Positions 38,432 to 49,920 of a DNA stretch of 64,000 nt are shown one piece after another. Source of the DNA: Octopus bimaculoides (lineage: Eukaryota); the NCBI RefSeq assembly GCF_001194135.2, contig NC_068984.1:116694386-116758385 (forward strand), read 5' to 3'. Positions within the stretch are counted from its first letter, which is position 1; each line of letters opens with the position of its first letter. The notes below the pieces were generated by a model. It searched no databases. It saw only the letters and a program-made list of their open reading frames with translations, and was not told the origin of the DNA. The position numbers and the translations under genes are program-made.

Positions 38432-39279
38432 CAGCGTGCGATGGGTAAATTGTCACCATGTTATATTTTAATTTCGCGCATGTGCATTGTTTGTTTTTGA
38501 TTTTTTATACTACACAGTATAGTGGGTTCAGTTGGGCACCGTCTGTGAGAAAACCAGCACAAGGAAGCAATTTACTTTGCCAGAAATTTGGAAACCACAT
38601 GCTGTACTTCTTGGCATTCGCGCTGGAAGCTCCAACCAATGTGAACATTTCAGAGTTTAGGTGTCAATCTGAGGACATGTACCGAGAGAGATAAAAATCA
38701 AACATCCAGTCAACATCATGGTGTTGGGAGTGATCACTAGTGATGTTGACGTTATGCCTCGATTGATCTTCCCACACGGCCTCAAACTCAATATGTCTGC
38801 CAACAGGATTCTGCACCATGCCACACAAGCAGGGGAACCCAGTCATGGTTTTCAGACAATTTCTGCGACCATATCACCCCTAACATCTGGCCACCTAACT
38901 CCCCAGACTACAACCCCTTCATTATTATGTGTGGGGCGCAGTTGAGCGAGAGACCAACAAAACTCCTTGTAAGACCAGAAAAACTCCTTGTAAGACAAGC
39001 AAAACTCCTTGTAATACCAGCAGAACTCCTTGTAAGACCAAGGATGGTCTGAAGGCAAGGATAATGGCAGCATTCACCAACTTAAAGAAGGAGACTATCC
39101 AGGAGAGTTGCAGGAGATTCCAAAGTCATTTGGAGGTCGTGGCTGAAGTCAATGGCGATTTAATTGAATAAATTTACTCTTTAGTATTTCATGATATTGT
39201 TATATAATTTTAGTAAATATACCTGTTAAAATGAGATGTCAGTGCTATTTTCATTTTTGCTTAAATTAGACGACAGTTT
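38432..39279 (+). mobile_element. maT-like (DD37D) transposon relic with internal deletions
   Basis: TA|CAGCGTGCGATGGGTAAATTGTCACC left end; KIKHPVNIMVLGVITSD, QQDSAPCHTS..WPPNSPDYNP/(L)H.YVWGAVERETNK..NGDLIE*. The start of a probable right TIR at ~39269 runs into the gap. Confidence 0.85.
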
Positions 39280-40071
39280 NNNNNNNNNNNNNNNNNNNNN
39301 NNNNNNNNNNNNNNNNNNNNNNNNNNNNNNNNNNNNNNNNNNNNNNNNNNNNNNNNNNNNNNNNNNNNNNNNNNNNNNNNNNNNNNNNNNNNNNNNNNNN
39401 NNNNNNNNNNNNNNNNNNNNNNNNNNNNNNNNNNNNNNNNNNNNNNNNNNNNNNNNNNNNNNNNNNNNNNNNNNNNNNNNNNNNNNNNNNNNNNNNNNNN
39501 NNNNNNNNNNNNNNNNNNNNNNNNNNNNNNNNNNNNNNNNNNNNNNNNNNNNNNNNNNNNNNNNNNNNNNNNNNNNNNNNNNNNNNNNNNNNNNNNNNNN
39601 NNNNNNNNNNNNNNNNNNNNNNNNNNNNNNNNNNNNNNNNNNNNNNNNNNNNNNNNNNNNNNNNNNNNNNNNNNNNNNNNNNNNNNNNNNNNNNNNNNNN
39701 NNNNNNNNNNNNNNNNNNNNNNNNNNNNNNNNNNNNNNNNNNNNNNNNNNNNNNNNNNNNNNNNNNNNNNNNNNNNNNNNNNNNNNNNNNNNNNNNNNNN
39801 NNNNNNNNNNNNNNNNNNNNNNNNNNNNNNNNNNNNNNNNNNNNNNNNNNNNNNNNNNNNNNNNNNNNNNNNNNNNNNNNNNNNNNNNNNNNNNNNNNNN
39901 NNNNNNNNNNNNNNNNNNNNNNNNNNNNNNNNNNNNNNNNNNNNNNNNNNNNNNNNNNNNNNNNNNNNNNNNNNNNNNNNNNNNNNNNNNNNNNNNNNNN
40001 NNNNNNNNNNNNNNNNNNNNNNNNNNNNNNNNNNNNNNNNNNNNNNNNNNNNNNNNNNNNNNNNTCTAGAC

Positions 40072-40346
40072 CAGGGGTTTTCAAACTTTTTGACTTGCGG
40101 ACCCCTTTATATTTCAGGTTTTACCATATGAAATTTATACATAAATATTTGCTTAAAATAACATATATTTTTACATTTGTTTATTTAACAGTATTTAACA
40201 AATAGGTTTATTGTCAATTAAAAGATTTCGATTAAAAAACATATATAAAATCAAATTGCCCATAAAAAGTATTTGCTGTCCACGGACCCCCTGTCTTGTC
40301 CTTGCGGACCCCCTGTGGTCCGCGGACCACAGTTTGAAAACCCCTG
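40072..40346. mobile_element. hAT (Charlie-like) MITE, 275 bp
   Basis: Perfect 16-bp TIRs CAGGGGTTTTCAAACT; 8-bp TSD (N)TCTAGAC / TTCTAGAC; repeated GCGGACCCC subterminal motifs. Confidence 0.92.
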
Positions 40347-42575
40347 TTCTAGACTACGACAAAGACAACGACGACAGTGACAACCGCAGGTAGCCCTTAA
40401 ATTTGTCACTCCGCTTCAGGGTACCATCTTATTCAGGCTTATACAGCAGGCCCAAAAGTGCAGCCTCAAAAAAGCATCACCCAGTGCGGATCGCCTCCTC
40501 GTTCCCTCCTCTACTACGCTACATTTTTCCTATCCACATCTTTACCATATGGGGTCCTAACAAAATCCTATAATAGGTACAGATGCAAATCTATCTAATT
40601 ACTTGTCTCCTGAAATCAGGCATAACAACACCGTTCTTGAATGCCAACCTTTGTTAACTTGACAACAAGGTCAAGATGAGCTCTGATCGGCTGTATGCAA
40701 ATGAGTTCATTACAGGGGTCCGGAACTCTCGTGGGAAAAAAAATCACGTCTGGGGGGGTCGTCAACCGAAGATGCTAACGGCAAGCCACCGCCGCCACCA
40801 CCACAGCCACACTATATTGATGTCGACTGAAACGCGTTTTTGCGATCAAACCAAGACCGCATATGGGTTGTCCCCCACTCAAAATACTTCAGAAACCCCT
40901 CGATAAAGTATCAGCCAAATACTGAGGTCGAGTTTTCATCTTTCTCACTATTAATCCGCTAAACAAAGGAGCCAGCAATGAGCGTTTATATCACCCACCT
41001 AAACTTCAATCGTTCTTTCACCCCTACGCTGTAGACTCGACAAGAAAGCAAAGATAACAATACTACAAACAACGGAATATTTTTTGAATTTTCTGAGCAT
41101 AGCCTGCATATTCCAGATAAAACATCAAAGCTTTTTGTTTTTTCATTTCTTCTGTATTCATGTTTTTATCAATTGTTTCTACTTGCTAACTTTTATAAGA
41201 ATCTAAGTCACTGTTGAGCTCTTTTTCCCTGAACTCTGGTCACTGCTGTAGGTATACCGCATTCAACAGAATTATTATTTTTTTTACTACTTCAAGCTTT
41301 TGTTCTGAGCTCTTTTGCAAATTCCTTTTCACAATGAAATCAAATTTCCTTCCATGCACAATCATTCATTCTTTCACTAAATACAGTCTGATTTTTCTGC
41401 TGCACCAACCTTTATCTTTCCAAATTGAACATTTCCATTTTCTGCCGCTCTTGAAATAGAACAGTGTATATATATTCCCTTGTAATTCTTCTACTATGCA
41501 GTTTTAATCAATTCACTGCTGAACGTTGCCGTATAACATGCTTTCACTTCTATTTCCTTGACACAGTTAGCTCAATGTTTCTTATCGTGAATAACTTCCC
41601 ATCACTTACTTGATTGGTAAATCAGAAATTGTTCATAAGAATTTTTTCTTTCTTATCCTTCCATCCAATATCATTAAACCCGATTTGCAGAATTGAACCA
41701 CATCTATCTCATATTTTACAGCTACAATTTATAGTTTCACTAGATTTTTGTGGCATAGTTTCAGTTTGTCTAGATTTTATATTTAAAATTCGATTTCTCC
41801 CGAAATTCTTGGGATTATTTTTCTTTTATATTCTCTGCTATATTCAATGCTTGGCAAAAAGAAGACAATTTCATAGACTTCATTCTTTTCAGAATTAAGT
41901 AATTTCATTATTTCTGAGAATATTCTTGACGTCTTCACTATTTTTCCTCCTACAGAGATAATTTTCATATTACTTAATATCAGAGAATGCTAATCTTGTA
42001 TTGTTACACTATCAACCATTGTCAGCTGTAAGAAGTTTTTATCATACATTTTCAGACAGTCAACAACCTGAATATAATACTAATACTACCCATCATAAGA
42101 TGGATAGCTTTGGAAGTATACTTTTGCCACCATGGGCCGTATAAAAAAAAAGTATGGCAAACATAAAATAATTATAATTTAACTTGTATCAAATTTCTTG
42201 GTGCTTATATAAAACGATGAAATGAATACTAATTTTCAAAAGAATATATTTATTACTTTAAAAATAAAATTAAATAGAACATATTTTTCATTTGTATATT
42301 TGCAATAACTTATATGCTATTGATTTTCCTAAATTTTATCAACGTAATCACCAGTAGACTCTATCGAAAACCAATTCCTGCAAAACGTTTACTAAAATAT
42401 GTGTATTTTCTAGAAGTTATAACATACTGATACTGCACCTCATATATTTACTTTCTCTCTGTATTCCTCTTTTACTCTTTCCTTCTCTCTCTATATATAA
42501 AATGTAAAGTGTGACTATGGGGAACAGCCAACCATCCAGCCAACCAACTTTTATATCGGTTATTATTATGTAGAG

Positions 42576-42964
42576 TGGAGACGCAATGGCCCAGTGGTTA
42601 GGGCAGCGGACTTGTGGTCATAGGATCGCGGTTTCGATTGCCAGACCGGGCATTGTGAGTGTTTATTGAGCGAAAACACCTAAAGCTCCACGAGGCTCCG
42701 GCAAGGGATGGTGGTGAACCCTGCTGTACACTTTCACCACAACTTTCTCTCACTCTCACTTCCTGTTTCTGTTGTGCTTGTAATTCAAAGGGACCAGCCT
42801 TGTCACACTCTGTGTCACGCTGAATATCCCCGAGAACTACGTTAAGGGTACACGTGTCTGTGGAGTGCTCAGCCACTTGCACGTTAATTTCACGAGCAGG
42901 CTGTTCCGTTGATAAGATCAACTGGAACCCTTGTCGTCGTAAGCGACGGAGTGCCAACACATAC
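42576..42964 (+). mobile_element. SINE family A, full length, with 13-bp TSD
   Basis: TTATTATGTAGAG at 42563-42575 and 42965-42977. Confidence 0.93.
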
Positions 42965-43067
42965 TTATTATGTAGAGATGATACTTTTGATGACGTAGCG
43001 ATGATACTTCTAACACTAGATATTTCACATAACATCACACATAGCATCAGCTAATTTCTGCTAGTAA

Positions 43068-43512
43068 CACTGGTTTCAAGTTTTGGCACATAGTCAGAAA
43101 CTTCGTGGGGAGGGATAAGTCGATTACATCAACTGCAGTGTTCAGCTGGTACTTATCGATCCTGAAAGGATGAAAGGAAAGTCGACCTCTGCGGAACTTG
43201 AAACTCAGCACGTAAAGACGGGCGTAATGCTGCTAACCATTCAGTCTACCCACCGGCTTATTTCTGCTAGTAATATTACAACTGATACCAAAGCAGCAAG
43301 CTGGCAGAATCATTAGCACCCATCCGGGCAAAATGCTAACCGGTATTTTCTCTGTCTTTGGCGTTCTGAGTTCAAATTCCACAGAGGTCGACTTTGCCTT
43401 TCATTCTTTCGGGTCGATAAAATAAGTACGAGTTGAACGCTTGTTGCAATCAGCTTAACCCCCTCCCATCAAAATTGCTGGCCTTGTGCCAAAAATTTGT
43501 AAACCAATATTA
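43068..43512. mobile_element. Head-to-head pair of SINE family C copies (43068-43259 -, 43290-43512 +)
   Basis: The minus copy is flanked by a 14-bp TSD ATTTCTGCTAGTAA (43054-43067 / 43260-43273). Confidence 0.85.
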
Positions 43513-43707
43513 CAATTGATGCCTTGCTCAAGAAATATCATGTCAGTAAACTAGATGTGTAGCTAATATCCGACGTGCCTAGGGAAAAATCAATAAATGA
43601 TTTCATTAAAACCAGTATTCTAATAGCCCTGAATGGTTTCTATTACGGTACTTAAACTTGTTAATCGGAATAACTGCAATTTACTTTTAAGAAAAAAATT
43701 AATTATC

Positions 43708-44503
43708 TGTCTTTTAGTAGTTTCAAACATTTGACTGTGATCATGCTGGAGCACCGCCATGAAGGGTCTTAGTCGAACAGATAGACCCTAAACTTTTTTT
43801 AAAGCCTGGTACTCATTCTATCGGTCTCTTTTCCCGAACTGTTACAGGGATGTAAACATACAAACACCGGTTTTCAAGCAGTGGTGGGGGACAAACACAG
43901 ACACAAAGACACATTAATATATGTATAGATAAGCGCAGGAGTGGCTGTGTGGTAAGTAGCTTGCTTACCAACCACATTGTTCCGGGTTCAATCCCACTGC
44001 ATGGCATCTTGGGCAACGGGCCGACCAAAGCCTTGTGAGTGGATTTGGTAGACGGAAACTAAAAGAAGCCTGTCGTATNNNNNNNNNNNNNNNNNNNNNN
44101 NNNNNNNNNNNNNNNNNNNNNNNNNNNNNNNNNNNNNNTGTGTGTGTGTGTGTGTTTGTCCCCCATCATCGTTTGACAACCGATGTTGGGATGTTTACCT
44201 CCTCGTAACTTAGCGGTTCGGCAAAAGAGTCTGATAGAATAAGTACTAGGCTTACAAAGAATAAGTCCAGGGGTCGATTTGTTCAAAGGTGGTGCTCCAG
44301 CATGGCCGCAGCCAAATGACTGAAACAAATAAAAGAATATATATACGACGGGCTTCTTTCGGTTTCCGTTTACCAAATCCACCCACAAGGCTTTGGTCGG
44401 CCCGAGTCTATAGTAGCAGGCACTTGCCCAGCATGCCGCGCAGAGGGACTGAACCCAGAACCATGTGGCTGGAAGCAAACTTCTTACCATATAGCCACGC
44501 CTG
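43708..44503 (-). mobile_element. SINE family B (minus) split by a nested plus-strand copy
   Basis: 3' half at 43708-43925 and 5' half at 44341-44503. Confidence 0.85.
43932..44337 (+). mobile_element. SINE family B nested inside another B copy
   Basis: AGCGCAGGAGTGGC head to CTGAAACAAATAAAAGA tail; 19-bp internal deletion (GGGCAA|CGGGCCGACC). Confidence 0.9.
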
Positions 44504-44532
44504 ATAACAGATTAAAAGGAGTTATATATTAT

Positions 44533-44750
44533 AGTTTCAAATTTTGGTATATGAACAGCTGTTTTAGGTGAAGGGGTTGAGCCGATTACATCGACTCCAG
44601 TACATGACGGGTCATTTATTTTATCTCTTCCAAAAGGATGGAAGACAAAATTGATCATGGCGAAATTTGAGCACAGAACGTAAAAAGCCTGATAAAATGT
44701 TCGTTTTCCCTTTTGTCCGACGCCTTAACGTATCTGCCTGCTCACCGCTT
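44533..44750 (-). mobile_element. Old SINE family C copy
   Basis: GTTTCAAATTTTGG..CCGATTACATCGACTCCAGTAC..GGCGAAATTTGAGCACAGAACGTAAA. Confidence 0.65.
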
Positions 44751-46719
44751 TAAAGAAGTTATAATAAGATAATAGAGTGACGCCGTTGGTAAGATAGGTT
44801 AGGAAAAGTAAACGAGGAAGATGAAAGAAATTAAATTAAAATAAAATAAAACAAGATAAAATACAATAAATAGTAGTAGAGTTCTAGGAAGTATTCGGAG
44901 GCTTAATTTTTCCATTATAGGTTTATGGTCATAAAAGTTTTAATGGTCTATGAATGTAAGAGATACAACAACACATGAAAGTAGTTACATATACTTTATC
45001 ATAAAATACAATGAAGCAAGCATTAATGTAAAGCAATGTAAAACTGTGCAAACATTTGTTGAAATAGAATCACTATAATTATATGGAACTCTAAATGAAA
45101 CGCTTTGTTCTTCTGCCAGTTATGGGTTATTTTTATGTGTAATTTCGAGCATTTTAAAACAACATTTCTTAATTTTAATAATTCGAACGTGTGTATAGTA
45201 CAGGTGCAAGAAAAAATATAAACTGCCAGATTCGCCATTTTTGATGAACGTTTCAATAGCATACGCATGATGTGCACAGGTCCAAACTATGATGAATAAA
45301 ACACAAAGAATAAAGCTACATGAAGGCTCCATTTCCACCTGCTTAACTTCACTAACACTACACCAACGGCTGGGTAAAATATGGTAGATTTTTCTGCTGC
45401 AATCTGTATAATCGAAATTTGATTTCCATTTGCTTATGTTCAATGATGAGTGAGACAAAAGCCAATAGTCTTTCTAGATTCATTGAATCTCTCAAATATA
45501 ATAAGATTACTTCCAACATGCCGAAAGATTACTCACAACTGTTAACTGATTCTGTAGTAACATTATTACCTAAATATCTATACAACCAGTTTGAAATTTT
45601 GAGAAAATAAAATCCTCGTACTAAGGTAGAAACTCAAGGAGTTCTCCGGTTTTAGGAAGCTGAATGTTTAGGCGATTCGTCAGAAGCATTATACAATCCA
45701 AGATATATGTATGCCGAAAGATTGTCTTAACCCGTTTGCCTTCGGACAGTTGATTTCTGTAGTTATTATCAGTGTATTTTGGCGATTTAAATAAGAATTT
45801 TGACTGTTATTTCCAGCAGGTAGACATACTTATTATGTCCTTTGATTAATTTTAATCCTTCAGCTATTAATGATTTTGTGGGGCCTGCAATCATCTAAAT
45901 TATTGATTCTGTTATTATCATTTTAAAATTATTACACTAGATAATAACAAATTATTTTTTCGCGAATTATTTTTCTCGTGAATTATTTGGTCCCTATTAA
46001 AATTATATATNNNNNNNNNNNNNNNNNNNNNNNNNNNNNNNNNNNNNNNNNNNNNNNNNNNNNNNNNNNNNNNNNNNNNNNNNNNNNNNNNNNNNNNNNN
46101 NNNNNNNNNNNNNNNNNNNNNNNNNNNNNNNNNNNNNNNNNNNNNNNNNNNNNNNNNNNNNNNNNNNNNNNNNNNNNNNNNNNNNNNNNNNNNNNNNNNN
46201 NNNNNNNNNNNNNNNNNNNNNNNNNNNNNNNNNNNNNNNNNNNNNNNNNNNNNNNNNNNNNNNNNNNNNNNNNNNNNNNNNNNNNNNNNNNNNNNNNNNN
46301 NNNNNNNNNNNNNNNNNNNNNNNNNNNNNNNNNNNNNNNNNNNNNNNNNNNNNNNNNNNNNNNNNNNNNNNNNNNNNNNNNNNNNNNNNNNNNNNNNNNN
46401 NNNNNNNNNNNNNNNNNNNNNNNNNNNNNNNNNNNNNNNNNNNNNNNNNNNNNNNNNNNNNNNNNNNNNNNNNNNNNNNNNNNNNNNNNNNNNNNNNNNN
46501 NNNNNNNNNNNNNNNNNNNNNNNNNNNNNNNNNNNNNNNNNNNNNNNNNNNNNNNNNNNNNNNNNNNNNNNNNNNNNNNNNNNNNNNNNNNNNNNNNNNN
46601 NNNNNNNNNNNNNNNNNNNNNNNNNNNNNNNNNNNNNNNNNNNNNNNNNNNNNNNNNNNNNNNNNNNNNNNNNNNNNNNNNNNNNNNNNNNNNNNNNNNN
46701 NNNNNNNNNNNNNNNNNNA

Positions 46720-46762
46720 TATATATATATATACACACACACATATATATATATATATATAC

Positions 46763-46797
<35 letters not shown>

Positions 46798-46950
46798 TGT
46801 TTGTATGTATGCATGTATGCTTGCATGCATGTGTGTATGTATGTATGTATGTATGTATGCATGCATGTGTGTATGTATGTATGTATGTATGCATGCATGT
46901 ATGTATGTATGTATGTATGTATGTATGTATGTATGTACGTATGTATGTAT
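46720..46950. repeat. (TA)n/(TATG)n microsatellite
   Basis: Directly visible. Confidence 0.95.
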
Positions 46951-47129
46951 TCATCGGATCTTTATTCTATGAAATTATTGATATTAGCTATTCACATAAT
47001 TCTTAGTTTTCTTCGTTTTTTCCCAGGTATTTCTAGTGTTGTTTCTATACATTCACGGTATTTATAAGTCTATCTAATTCATAATATTACTCATCCACAC
47101 AATACTGCGTATTCTCCTATCTCTTTTTC

Positions 47130-47420
47130 CCATGGCTTTGCTGAGCTGTTCCTGTACATCCACTGTATTTTAGTCTGCCTAATTCTTGATGTTACCTATT
47201 CTCATAATCCTTGCCCCACCCCACCTCTTCCTCTTATCCCATTCAATTCGGCTTCCATTTGCGGCCTCTGTAATCTATCTTTTCTAATTAAATATCTCCC
47301 TTTGATGGTGTCGAATAATAATTTTGTTCTTAGTTATTTTCGTCATTCTTAGTACTTCATCATTGGTTTTATATTCTTTTACAATCAGCCATAACAACTG
47401 CAACGTCATATTATTGAAGT
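47130..47420 (-). mobile_element. Very old RTE-clade LINE 3' relic
   Basis: Broken frames give YKTNDEVLRM, DRLQRPQMEAELNGIRGRG and NIKN*(A).LKYSGCT, matching the RTE post-RT signature (TNEEVL..LQ.LLMEG..G.R.RGR..W..NIK.W). Confidence 0.55.
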
Positions 47421-48614
47421 TGATAGCCTTTTTTTATGGTATTTCCTCTTTTATAAGTTTGTTCCAGTATCCTTTCTTTCTTATTGGATAAAATTCAAGA
47501 TACTCAAACACATGTAATCCCTCAAACGGTCACAGTTATTACAAAGGATATAATTATTTCGTTATAATTCGAAACAGGATTAGAAATTTGAAATTAAGGA
47601 ATTTTAAGGAAAAAGATGCATAGAAAATACTCTATTGTTAGAATTGCTTTTTAAAAGGAAGCCCATAATAACGTAATAAACTGCTTCATATCATTTGATC
47701 TTTAAGTGCTTGTACTCTGGCAGAATCAAATATAAGGTCAAATTATCTGGCCTTATAAATTCTATGAAGCAATTTCTGGTAAACAGGAAAGGCTATCAGC
47801 TAAACAATTATGCTGCACTAAAGGTGATAAATATGATACTCTTCGAAGAATCCTATTCTATGTTAGTGAAAATTTGCTCATAGATTCAATAACCTCCTAA
47901 ATTTTCTAAGATCACTTTTCTTTTCCTGTCAATTGATCTATTTTCTTTTTATGATCACGCAATGCAAGGTTTTTAATGGCTAAGAATTGTGTGCACTGCA
48001 ATGGAGAATTCTACGAATAACAACTCGCTATTTTGTTTTTCTTATACAACTTGAGCTTCGAACACCATATCAGTGATAGTAAACCTATGATATGTATGTC
48101 AGCAGTGACATGCCGTGGGCTTTTAGGTAATATATGAAGGATGTTGAAAAAATATCTCCCTGCAATATGATGTTATTAAAAAACTTATCTACAAGCATTT
48201 ACCTAAAACAAAAAGTACTGGATAACATGTAAGTGACGCTCCAATACCGGGATTATGGAAATTATAACTTTTCTACCCACCAGGATAAAAATTCTTATCT
48301 TAATTGATCTCTATCAATTATCGTCTACATTCAGTGCAATTTCCCTGCATAGGCATCCGAATTTCGGGGTTTTATCATGGCTACTGAATAAGTGTCACAT
48401 ATTTTTACAGATAAATTCCTCTATTTGCATAATATCGAGGTCTCTTTCTTTCTTTTGTTGTCCTTCCTGTCAAATATATATATGTATATATATATTTATA
48501 TACACATATATACATATATATATATTTATATATATANNNNNNNNNNNNNNNNNNNNNNNNNNNNNNNNNNNNNNNNNNNNNNNNNNNNNNNNNNNNNNNN
48601 NNNNNNNNNNNNNN

Positions 48615-49466
48615 GGTTATTCTAACTCCTCCGACACCACCCAACCGATTTTAATGATTTTTGGCACATAGGTAGACCACATGCTCTGAAGTTCAAATAA
48701 GGCCGGAAGTTTTCGAAAACTCGATAATGCTCAGTTGGCATCGATTTTTGTGAGCTCAATCGGGCGTTTGAATGGAAATTCCCATAACGATGTTATTTTT
48801 CCTGCACCTTTTGCATTTTTTGTCCGATTTTGATGAAAATCGATGTGTGAGTGAGTTGATGTCAGTATATGGCGTTGACAAAAAAATAGATAACATCGCC
48901 TGAGCAGTGGTTTTACAAAATCAATAGGCTTTTTGCGTGAAAATACTCATAGGAATTTTATTTTTGGCCGTAACTTTATATTTTTTATAAGATTTTAATG
49001 AAATTTGAGATGTAGGTAAATTTTGTGGTGGGAGAGACGGCAAAGGCGTTTATTTAATTCAAAAGGGCTTGCAAATGGCACAAATGCAAATAAGCCTTTC
49101 TTTAGAGGCGTTCTCATCGATTTTGTAAAAATTTTACACGTGATTACAGTTCATGTCCATTAGTTGATGCCAGCATGAAGAGTTGACAAAAATCGATAAT
49201 TGTGCGTGAGCGGGTGATTTTAAGAAATCAATAGGCCTTTTGTATGCAATTACCCACAGGTTTAATATTTTATGCTGTAACTTTTACAGAATTCATCTGA
49301 TTTTCATGAAATTTGACATTTATATAAACTTTATGGTTGGAGTGATGTAGTAGAATTAAAATTAAATTGGTGAAAGGCAGAAACCGTCAAAATTCGCTCA
49401 CAATAAAATAATGAACTGATTCTTTAGAAAATTGACCCATGAGTAAAGTTAAGCACTTCGACATAT
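48615..49466. mobile_element. Unclassified repeat with an internal ~300-bp diverged duplication (Helitron/Helentron-associated-like)
   Basis: Recurrent (C)CGATTTT(A/C/G)ATGA(A/T)(A/T)TTT motif; blocks 48850-49010 and 49170-49320 share AGTTGATG.CAG.AT..GTTGACAAAAA and AAATCAATAGGC. The class is inference. Confidence 0.4.
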
Positions 49467-49920
49467 NNNNNNNNNNNNNNNNNNNNNNNNNNNNNNNNNN
49501 NNNNNNNNNNNNNNNNNNNNNNNNNNNNNNNNNNNNNNNNNNNNNNNNNNNNNNNNNNNNNNNNNNNNNNNNNNNNNNNNNNNNNNNNNNNNNNNNNNNN
49601 NNNNNNNNNNNNNNNNNNNNNNNNNNNNNNNNNNNNNNNNNNNNNNNNNNNNNNNNNNNNNNNNNNNNNNNNNNNNNNNNNNNNNNNNNNNNNNNNNNNN
49701 NNNNNNNNNNNNNNNNNNNNNNNNNNNNNNNNNNNNNNNNNNNNNNNNNNNNNNNNNNNNNNNNNNNNNNNNNNNNNNNNNNNNNNNNNNNNNNNNNNNN
49801 NNNNNNNNNNNNNNNNNNNNNNNNNNNNNNNNNNNNNNNNNNNNNNNNNNNNNNNNNNNNNNNNNNNNNNNNNNNNNNNNNNNNATATGCATTTATATAT
49901 CTATGTATTTATATATATAT

